From Octopus sinensis (Eukaryota), in contig NW_021836488.1 of the NCBI RefSeq assembly GCF_006345805.1, forward strand, positions 1 to 31,101: DNA of 31,101 nucleotides, in the 5' to 3' direction. How positions within the stretch are numbered: the stretch's first letter is position 1; each line of letters opens with the position of its first letter. The notes under the pieces are model-generated. The model was not told where the DNA came from and ran no database searches. It saw nothing but the letters and a program-made list of their open reading frames with translations. Both the position numbers and the translations under genes were made by a program. Shown in pieces: positions 22,218 to 31,101 of this stretch.

Positions 22218-22605
22218 AACATAGAGGGGACACACAAGGACAGACACACGGATTAAGTCGATTACATCAACCCCAGTGCATAACTGGCACTTAATTTATC
22301 GACCCCGAAAGGATGAAAGGCAAAGTCGACCTCGGCGGAATTTGAACTCAGAACGTAACGCCAGACGAAATACCTATTTCTTTACTACCCACAAGGGGCT
22401 AAACACAGAGAGGATAAACAAGGACAGACACACGGATTAAGTCGATTATATCGACCCCAGTGCGTAACTGGTACTTATTTAATCGACCCCGAAGGGATGA
22501 AAAGCAAAGTCGACCTCAGCGGAATTTGAACTCAGAACGTAGCGGCAGAAGAAATACCGCTAAGCATTTCGCCCGGCGTGCTAACGTTTCTGCCAGCTCG
22601 CCGCC
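22218..22605 (-). mobile_element. SINE family A tandem dimer (right arm of fold-back)
   Basis: Full unit 22375-22605 with head at 22605, and tail-clipped unit 22218-22374. Confidence 0.9.
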
Positions 22606-22883
22606 TTAACGACAACAATAATCACTGCAAATGATGTAGTCCTAGGTGGACAATGACGGAAATTTTTTTTATAAATAAAACAGGCGGTGACAGTTAGAGA
22701 ACTTTTAGTCATATTTTCTATTCGACCAGTACTTACTCGAAGCTAAACAACATCAGCAACAACGACAACAACAACGATAATAATCCTCTGACACTTGGCA
22801 GACGTTAGACACAAACCAATATCAGATTTATAAATATTCTATTTATAAACAGTCCATTTCATTGAAAGACCTCACACATACAA

Positions 22884-22923
<40 letters not shown>

Positions 22924-23209
22924 AGACGACAAGAGAGAGAGAGAGGGAAGGAGGTTGGGAGTTAGAGACGGGGAGAAGGAAAGATGAGGAGGAAAGACTC
23001 AGAAAATTCTAAATAAGAGCAAATATTGACACTCTTGATAAGTGATTTCCAAGAGAACACCAGTTGTTATAATTGTACACTTATATTTTTGTTTGATAAC
23101 GGTGTCTTCATTGAATTATTTATTTCTACAAATACATTTTTTTCTCTCTCTCTCTTGTTTAAGTGAAGCTATCGATAAATTATAGCGAAGGCGTATGAGC
23201 CTAGTGGTT

Positions 23210-23285
23210 AAGATACTCAGAGTATGATCATTAAAAATCGTGGATTCAATTCTTGAACCATGCGTTATGTCGTTGAATAAGGCTG
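23210..23285 (+). mobile_element. Degraded SINE family C head
   Basis: ggcgtatgagcctagtggttaagatactc...tcgtggattcaattcttgaacc resembles the tRNA-like head at 26481. Confidence 0.45.
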
Positions 23286-23316
23286 TAATGAATGCTATCT
23301 GGGTACTGGTACCCAG

Positions 23317-23547
23317 GGCGACGAGCCGGCAGAATCGTTAGCACGCCGGGCGAAATGCTTAGTGGTATTTCGTCTGCCGCTACGTTCTGAGTTCAAATTC
23401 CGCCGAGGTCGACTTTGCCTTTCATCCCTTCGGGGTCAACTAAAAATGTACCAGTTATGCACTTGGGTCGATATAGTCGACTTAATCCGTTTGTCTGTCC
23501 TTGTTTGTCCTCTCTGTGTTTAGCCCCTTGTGGGTAGTAAAGAAATA
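23317..23547 (+). mobile_element. Full-length SINE family A monomer with candidate 8-bp TSD GTACCCAG
   Basis: Well-preserved copy; gtacccag at 23309-23316 and 23554-23561. Confidence 0.9.
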
Positions 23548-23568
23548 GGTACAGTACCCAGATGGCAT

Positions 23569-23619
<51 letters not shown>

Positions 23620-24314
23620 TATCATTACTTCCTATCGTTCAATTAGGCCAACGGTGAAGTGCCCTAGAGGCCGTCTCCATAGGCATCTAAAACAATAAGT
23701 GAGAGCGTGCTCCCTGTCACCAAACCATATTCGCTCGCGAGTGACGGTCAGTTGTACTTTTTACTTGACTTTAAACTGTAGTTAGAAAAAAATGAAAAAA
23801 GAAACATTGTATATATATATACATTAAAGTTTCTCATCTGTAATACAGTGAGTTGAAAATGTTCGTTTAACAGAGATTATCTATGCAGCTAGTAAACAGA
23901 AATTCACTCTAGTGATGTTTAAAATCTACAAACAACAATCAAATGAGATCACTCAAATAATATTAGACAAACGTAAATTTTGGAAACAAGAATAAAAATT
24001 CGAATCAGATTAAAGTTTTCTCTTGAGGTATATTTTGTTAACTAGTTATAAAGATAATCTCAGTTAATCGAAATTTTGCAGGGCATTCCATTACATGTAT
24101 GAGACACTAAGTGTGTTTAGTATGCAAGATCCTCCTTAGTGCCAAATCTATAATAGAAAGACCACAAGTCTTATTACCGAATAAAATGTGATCGATAAAG
24201 GATATTCCATTTTATTGTTCATGGTACATTTAGTTAATTACAGCTTTTTATAGTATATACAAACAGGTCAGGATATAAGCAGCTATAAGATACAAAATCA
24301 TCAATGAACAGAAG

Positions 24315-24560
24315 ATTCTTTCCCTGATGAAGTTCTAATAAATCTAGAAACTATCGCAGTGAATCCTACGATTTACTTCATAAAAGTTTTATGTGTTTAT
24401 TAAATTCGTCAGGTGGTACTGAACCCGGAACCATGTCGTTGGGAAGCAATAAAGTACTATGGACTCTGGGAAGCTATAAAGGAATATGAGTTTCGAATTT
24501 GCGAAGGGCATTCTTTCTCAGATGAAGCGTTAAAGATCTAGAAACTGGTCAGATGAATTT
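24315..24560 (+). other. Two degenerate direct repeats with hammerhead-ribozyme-like cores (possible Penelope pseudo-LTR relic)
   Basis: attctttccCTGATGAagttctaataaatctaGAAACtatcgcagtgaat and attctttctCAGATGAagcgttaaagatctaGAAACtgGTCagatgaat. Confidence 0.35.
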
Positions 24561-24759
24561 CACATTTTTCTTCATACATACGTGGCAATCACCTGGTCGA
24601 TCGATAAACCCTGATAATTTCAAAATTTTAGTTACTTTCCACAACGAGAATAGAAAAAAGGGTATATCTTACCTTTGAAACTTAAAGATTTCTGAATCAA
24701 TCACAAGCCAAGCAGCTTTGAGATGGGTGGGGTGACCCAGTTCTTGGTTGAAAATATAC

Positions 24760-24890
24760 ATTACCGAGCCCGAGGGGAGGAAAGGCAAAGGCAAAGTTGA
24801 CCAGACTGGGATTTGAACGAAAAAAATGAGTCAAAAGAAATACCATAAAGACTTTTCACGGTACTCTAACGATTTGCCAAGTCATCATAA
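24760..24890 (-). mobile_element. Highly degraded SINE family A
   Basis: aaaggcaaagttgaccagactgggatttgaac...gaaatacc...ctaacgatttgcca. Confidence 0.5.
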
Positions 24891-25029
24891 CACTAAACTA
24901 ATCATACAATAAGAATTTACACATGCATGAATATACAGGTATGTTACTAAAGAAGTGGAATATCAATGTGTCATCATAAAATATTGCTTGTCGTGTATAC
25001 GAGTGTGTGTATCTATCAATCTATACACA

Positions 25030-25032
25030 TAT

Positions 25033-25067
<35 letters not shown>

Positions 25068-25274
25068 ATATATATATAAATAAATAAGTATATAAATATA
25101 TATATATATAATAAATAAGTATATAAATATATATATATAATAAATAAGTATATATAATATATAATATACATGCATATATATATATTATATACAATATATA
25201 TATATATATAATATATATGGATGTATATTATGTTATATATATATGTGTGTGTGTGTGTAAGTTATATGTATATA

Positions 25275-25305
<31 letters not shown>

Positions 25306-25330
25306 GATATATATATATATATATAATATA
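25030..25330. repeat. (CA)n/(TA)n field containing a ~30-bp ataaataagtatataaatatatat minisatellite x3
   Basis: Seen directly. Confidence 0.9.
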
Positions 25331-25494
25331 TGCTACGACGTAATCACAAGTGTGCTTTACACACACCATTTTCGTTTTCGTTTACAGATTATAACTTCAA
25401 TGCTCAAATACACCCTTACATGCAATACGTTTGTTACACATACAAACATATTTGCACGTATGCATGCGTACAGACACACATATAAACACACACA

Positions 25495-25590
25495 CATACA
25501 TACATACATACATACATACATACATACATACATACATACATACATACATACATACATACATGCATACATACATACATATGCATACATACA
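25495..25590. repeat. (CATA)n tract
   Basis: Seen directly. Confidence 0.95.
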
Positions 25591-26032
25591 AATTCATGCG
25601 AACATGTAATCAGGCATGCCAAAATAGTTCACATATCCGATTATACGCAGGGCACAAAAAATATATGTACATTCACGAATATATAACAATATACACACAA
25701 TGAAATACAAAAAAAATATACACGCGCATTATCAGTCAGTTAAAAACATTGTCTTTAAATAATTTAGAAATTCCTTTCATGTTTTATCAAGCCTGAATCT
25801 CCAGAGACTTTGTAACCATGGCAATCTTTTTCTCCTCTTTTGTTTTACGTTTTTTTTTTTTTGTTTTTTTCTTTGGAATAAACAATTCTTAGTAACAATG
25901 AACAAGTGACATCTCGCACATTGGTGGCAATTTGACATTAGTGACTGACATTGTAGGCAATTTTTTTTCCGTGTATATATTTAACAGTTGCGGCAACCTT
26001 TGTAAATATCAATAAATATAACGATAGACTAA

Positions 26033-26439
26033 GGCGGCGAGCTGGCCGAAACGTTAGCACACCGGGCGAAATACGTAGCCGTTTTTTTTGTCTGCCGTTA
26101 CGTTCTGAGTTCAAATTCCGCCGTGGCCGACTTTGCCTTTCATCCTTTCGGACTCGATTAAATAAGTACCAGTTACGCACTGGAGTCGATATAATCGACT
26201 TAATCCGTTTGTCTGTCCTTGTTTGTCTCCTCTGTGTTTAGCCCCTTGTGGGTAGTAAAGAAATATGTATTTTGTCCCTCTTTACTTTCTGAGTTCTAAT
26301 TCCGCCGAAGTAGTCTTTACCTTTTGTCCTTCCGCAGTCGATAAAATAAGTACGAGCGAGGACTCAGATCGATATAATCGACTTACCCCTTCCCCCTCCT
26401 CCCACCAAACTGCTGGCCTTGTGCTAAAATTTGAATCCA
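26033..26439 (+). mobile_element. SINE family A dimer with two different tails
   Basis: Unit 1 (26033-26265) ends gtaaagaaata; unit 2 (26266-26439) restarts at tgtattttgtc and ends ctgctggccttgtgctaaaatttgaatcca. Confidence 0.85.
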
Positions 26440-26480
26440 GTATATAGCAGGACAGAGACATCCATACATATATGTAGGGT

Positions 26481-26720
26481 GAAGGCGCGTGGCTTAATGG
26501 TTAAGGTGTTGCGCTGATGATCGTAAGATTATGATTTCGATTCCTGGACCGGGCAATGTGTTGTAATCTTGAGCAAACTTCTTCATTTCACGCTTCTCCA
26601 GTCCACTCAACCGGCAAAAATGTGCAATCCTGCGATGGACTTGCGTGCCATTCCGTCCAGATGAGGGAATATACACGCCACAGAATTTGGGAAACCATCC
26701 TTACAAACCCATGGCCCGCG
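26481..26720 (+). mobile_element. SINE family C
   Basis: gaaggcgcgtggcttaatggttaaggtgtt...tttcgattcctggaccgggc...ttgagcaaac...ctccagtccactcaaccggcaaaaatg...gcgatggac. Confidence 0.8.
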
Positions 26721-26863
26721 AAAATTCTTTGATCCGTTTTGATATATATATGGTGATTCAAAAGTCTCCATACACAGGGAAAATTTCAATTTCAGTCATT
26801 AGTCTATGGATTGTACCTACAATTCCAAAATCTAATTTGGTCATATATTATATTACACTGAAA

Positions 26864-27025
26864 GGCGGCGAGCTGGCAGAAACGTTATCACGCCGGGCGA
26901 AATGCTTAGTGGTATTTCGTCTGTCTTTACGTTCTGAGTTCAAATTCCGCCGAGGCCGACTTTACCTTTCATCTTTTCGGGGTCGATAAATGAAGTACCA
27001 GTTCCGTACTGGGGTCGATATAATC
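26864..27025 (+). mobile_element. SINE family A, tail-less copy
   Basis: Well-preserved head and core, ending at ggggtcgatataatc. Confidence 0.9.
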
Positions 27026-27319
27026 TAATCAAGAGAGTAGAAAAGAATATATTAAACTGAATCATCTCGAGAATTTTGTTAAAGGTACGAGCGTCGGTGT
27101 AATAATCGCTTATCGACATAATGATTCAGTGAGTCAGTAGTTTGGGTAGTGGAGCAACTGGAAAACTCCTCATCGAAACCGACGGAGGATCCAAATTTTT
27201 TATATGTATGGTTGTATGATTAAGTCTATGTTTGCATGTAAGAATGTATGTAAGTATAAATGTGCGCATGTGTGAATAAACTATTACAGAGTTTCAATGG
27301 TAATTACAAAGGGAGAGGT

Positions 27320-27346
27320 AGGCATACACACACATATATATACATA

Positions 27347-27384
<38 letters not shown>

Positions 27385-27409
27385 TATCTGTATGCAAACA
27401 AACATTGAT

Positions 27410-27441
<32 letters not shown>

Positions 27442-27621
27442 GGGTGTGTGCACGTGTATGTGCATGTGTACGTGTGTATGTGCGTGTATGGGTGCGTGTA
27501 TGTGTGCATACGTACATACACGCATATACATATCCTCACGTGCAAATCGTACACATCTATGCACACCATACATATATACATACATGCATTCATCCCTGCA
27601 TACATACTTGCACAACTCACC

Positions 27622-27652
<31 letters not shown>

Positions 27653-28010
27653 GCATACATGCACACACACATACACACATTCATACTTACAATAAAGTAA
27701 TACTTAAATCCACATTCGTACAAACATACACACACACATACATACACATAGATATGCATACACCCATACATACTTACATAGAAACATACCTACATAAACA
27801 CATAAATACATACATTCATACTTACAATAAGGTACATACTTAAATCCATATTCGTACCAGCATACACACACACACACACACACGCACACACACGCACACA
27901 CACACACACACACGCACACACACACATATATACACATAGATATGCATACACACATACATACTTTCAAACACACATACATACTTGCATAGAAACACACCTA
28001 CATACACACA
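27320..28010. repeat. Compound microsatellite field with an internal ~135-190 bp tandem duplication
   Basis: cattcatacttacaataa.g at 27678 and 27813; atagatatgcataca at 27748 and 27936. Confidence 0.85.
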
Positions 28011-28437
28011 TTCATCATTATCATCACATTAACAGGTCGTGTGCGTGTATATATATATATTCTAAATCCAATTAACAATTTCATCGTTTAGTAAACATCT
28101 TCACCATCTCTCGTAATCAACTGCTTTTAAATTAAGTAAACAGATCGATAAAGCAAGCAAACAGCGCTAGTTTCAAGTTAACAATGCGCTTATACGGTGA
28201 TAAATTCCATTATGAGCGGACTGAGTCTGATATGAAACGCCAAACATCACCATCGCCATATTGATACTTAGTTATCTATTTAAAAAATCTCCATTATCAA
28301 GTCGTAAACTTCATTATCGTGTAAGGAACTCCATTATCGGTCCAACACCGAAGTCATCGTTATCAAGTACATAGATACTTTTATTTTGTGTGGTTGGTTC
28401 TTGAGGCTGTTGCGATTGCTTATGCCGCTGTCGTAGT

Positions 28438-28520
28438 CGTTGCTGTTGAGTTCAGCCGTAGGTCAGCCCTGATCGCACAGACCTATGTTCTATGATCAGA
28501 GGCCTTCCCTTGTTGTAATC
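28438..28520 (-). mobile_element. Retroposon family D 3' tail
   Basis: Minus strand ...ggcctctgatcatag..ataggtctgtgcgatcagggctgacctacggctgaactcaacagcaac; related tails lie on the plus strand near 30345-30425 and 29855-30160. Confidence 0.6.
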
Positions 28521-28523
28521 CCT

Positions 28524-28674
28524 CATATACATACTTACATACACATATACATACATACATACATACATACATACATACATACATACATACATACATACAT
28601 ACATACATACACATACATACATACATACATACATACATACATACATACATACATACATACATACATACATACAT
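28524..28674. repeat. (CATA)n tract at the 3' end of the zinc-finger LINE fragment
   Basis: Seen directly. Confidence 0.95.
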
Positions 28675-29003
28675 TATGGCTGCCCCCTCGTTATCGAGTA
28701 TGGCCATTGCACGAAGCTTAACTGTTACTGGTGCTGTGATCGAATGTGACTTTTTAGCCCAGCTAAAGATCTACAAAGTCTTGTACAAAATTGGCAACTA
28801 AAACCTTTACCGGTAATAGCCGGCTGTAGTTGTAACTGGGCTTCATGTACCTTTGCATGTCGTTTAAGTCCTCCTGCCGAATTACGCTCTCTTCCACATG
28901 CCTGACAGATATGATTAGTATGGTGTGTTACACCACCACCAGTGGCCAAGTTGTCACTCATTTATCTCGCGTTATGACTACGAAGATGACTCTTGAGTCC
29001 AGC
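28675..29003 (-). mobile_element. 5'-truncated RTE-like LINE 3' end encoding tandem C2H2 zinc fingers
   Basis: One frame: AGLKSHLRSHNAR*MSDNLATGGGVTHHTNHICQACGRERNSAGGLKRHAKVH...FSCQFCTRLCRSLAGLKSHIRSQHQ*. This holds two complete CX2CX12HX3-4H fingers plus the end of a third. The 3' terminus tggccatactcgataacgag resembles that of the RTE at 13414-13433. (CATA)n lies on both sides. Confidence 0.7.
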
Positions 29004-29119
29004 ATACATACATATACACATATATACATACATACATACATACAAACATACATACATACATGCATACATACATACATACATACATACATGTATACATACA
29101 TACATGTGTACATACATAT
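29004..29119. repeat. (CATA)n-type tract at the 5' truncation point of the zinc-finger LINE
   Basis: Seen directly. Confidence 0.9.
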
Positions 29120-29364
29120 TCGTTGGTGATGTCCAGTACTTGATGTATTTTATATAAATGCAAGGCAAATTTTAATATTTCTTCCGTAGACTGAAAAATT
29201 GATGGAATAGCCTTAATCGATGTTTGAACCTTAATCGATTCTCATCAGAAGCGTCTACATAGTTCTAACCAAGCCTTAAGAAATAAGCAGTCAATCTGCG
29301 TATATATACTCAACAAATCCCGTAGTCTCCATCACTGGTGCTTCTATAGCTACAAATTTGCATA

Positions 29365-29371
29365 TGCTATA

Positions 29372-29413
<42 letters not shown>

Positions 29414-29420
29414 ATATAGT

Positions 29421-29489
<69 letters not shown>

Positions 29490-29515
29490 GGATGGATGGA
29501 TGGATGGATGGATTA
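29365..29515. repeat. (TA)n-(GATA)n-(GATG)n compound microsatellite
   Basis: Seen directly. Confidence 0.95.
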
Positions 29516-29688
29516 ATGTTTGTTTTTCTATTCCGTTATAATAAAAACAATTTTACATAATCTGATAAGCTTACTCTTTCTGTAGAGTACAAATCTATTA
29601 TTTTTAAACAAGAAGTTTGCTGGCAGTGACTTCGGAGTTCCGAGTTTCGGTCAGCTAAGCCACTATATATAATATATATATATAATAT

Positions 29689-29721
<33 letters not shown>

Positions 29722-29897
29722 GCATATACATAAATTATGACATTTTACGATAATAGTAGACAAATGTCTTTCACGATGCACCCCGTTGTTTAAACAAGTA
29801 ATTCGGATATCGGATAACTGTAGTCCCCCGTATTGATGATGTTTGGAACTCGAAAGTGATGGTCATGGCTGAACTATCTTTGATCATAGATTTACTC

Positions 29898-30110
29898 TAG
29901 TGCTTCCCAACTTTTTTTTTTTACCTTGGACCCCTTTGATATTTTACTCAGGTGGACCCTCTAAGCATTCGCTGTTTAAAATATTTCAATATATTTTTGT
30001 TATTAAATATTATACAAAATCGTATTAAAAATCGTTAGAATAGAAGTAAAACCAATGTATAGCACAGGAATTTTAACAATAAAATCGTATATGGACCCAG
30101 TTGTGCACTA
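29898..30110. mobile_element. Probable degraded hAT (Charlie-like) MITE inserted into a family D tail
   Basis: Starts tagtgcttcccaactttttt...tggacccctttg and ends atggacccagttg.gcacta; family D tail halves lie on both sides. No clean TSD. Confidence 0.4.
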
Positions 30111-30214
30111 CGGTCTATGCGATCAGCTTTGGCCTGTGGTTAAGCAAAAACAACGATGACAAGCTAGTAAGTTAAAAAATCTTTGTCAGATGAGTCAAAC
30201 ATGGAGCCTGTATG

Positions 30215-30425
30215 AGGTCGTTTATTCTGCTAGAGGTAGCAGCTGAATTTATATCAACCCATACTATTAAAAAACAATAAGGAAAGAAACACTGGTTAAA
30301 TGTAGTTCTAGATTATCTATATCTGAAAAAGAAATAGTCGTAATAGCCATGGCTGGAGTGACTTTAATCGTAGGTCTGATCTATCAGAGATGAACCGGGG
30401 TCAAACAACTCCAGCAACAACATCA
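30215..30425 (+). mobile_element. Degraded retroposon family D 3' portion
   Basis: tgctagaggtagcagc...aatgtagttctagat...gccatggctggagtgactttaatcgtaggtctgatctatcag...caaacaac, with the tail homologous to 28438-28520. Confidence 0.55.
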
Positions 30426-30899
30426 GCAATCATGTGCAAGTGATAGCATTTGAACTGGTGACCTCTCGGCTGATTGTCCAACTACACTGGACAGCAGGAC
30501 CATCCGATTTCTCTGCGTGGAATTACCATACAAAATAGAAGACATGATATATGTTTTTTTTCCCTTCCTTCCTCTACAGTTGACCTTGTTTTATGGTTTT
30601 GTTCTCTCTTAACCCGAACCCCAGAGCTCCAAGTCCGAGGCTAACCTCGACTGCAAACCTCAATGCCTACATCAAAACTGAGAAATAATGAATATTTCAA
30701 TAGTTACTGATAGACGATTAAGTTGGCAGAATCTATGTTATAACGCTAAGGTTTACACGGCCAGATAAATAAATAGTAAATAGATGAAGTGTAGAGAGTA
30801 AGTTTCCGCATAGATTCTCTTGTTTATTCATCTAAACTGCCAACAAATCCTTGGTAAGCCACTGATAAGACACTCGCAGTTCAAGACATGTTTTCGCTT

Positions 30900-31060
30900 G
30901 TGTGTAATAATATCTCCGTATGTGTATGTGCATGTATGTATGTGTATGTGTGTGCTTGTGTGTACATGTGTGTGTGTGTCTACGTGTGTGTGTAAGTGAA
31001 TGTCCATTTGTTAGTGTTTTTGTGTGTGTGTATGATTATGATTCATGAGTGTGTGAATGC
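30900..31060. repeat. Degenerate (TG)n field
   Basis: Seen directly. Confidence 0.85.
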
Positions 31061-31101
31061 AAGTGCTTGAAAGTGAGTAAGAAACGTTAACAACACTCAT
31101 G

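Noticed and set aside
21826-22605. CRISPR-like array
   Set aside because: Units are ~155-230 bp SINE copies without unique spacers, there are no cas genes, and the context is eukaryotic.
23291-23569. DNA transposon with 18-bp TIRs that captured a SINE
   Set aside because: An 8-bp direct duplication around the SINE explains the structure more simply as insertion into a hairpin; kept as a finding in that form.
1631-28721. Dozens of ORFs rich in YI, HT, CV, MYVC, SL, poly-L/T/V (for example 3511, 4680-5559, 9570-10688, 15379-16710, 25352-25703, 27260-27997, 28452-28721)
   Set aside because: They are translations of di-, tri- and tetranucleotide microsatellites that lack stops by construction.
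28725-28961. Host Kruppel-type C2H2 zinc-finger gene
   Set aside because: No TGEKP linkers, an in-frame stop immediately upstream, abrupt microsatellite boundaries and an RTE-like 3' terminus; better explained as a LINE end.

Overview
AT-rich eukaryotic DNA dominated by microsatellites and transposable-element relics. The SINE and LINE families resemble, from memory, those of octopus (coleoid cephalopod) genomes; this assignment was not database-checked. I recognise no host protein-coding exon, so the window looks intergenic or deep-intronic. Nearly all listed ORFs are translations of microsatellites or SINEs. Supported content includes many copies of three tRNA-headed SINE families (called A, B and C here) and a fourth retroposon tail (D). 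Retroelement fossils are a 5'-truncated R4/Dong-type LINE lying between (TAA)n tracts, two RTE-like LINE 3' ends (one encoding tandem C2H2 fingers), and two Penelope-like fossils (GIY-YIG only; RT plus GIY-YIG). DNA-transposon relics are Tigger/pogo, Tc2-like, hAT and mariner types, several of them nested. The most unusual structures are a spacer-less ~780 bp fold-back made of SINE-A multimers with a recurrent GAAATA|GGTATTTC junction, a covarying 3' stem-loop shared by the two RTE-like ends, two hammerhead-like motifs, and a five-fold ATCGAT cluster. Family names come from recalled motif similarity.
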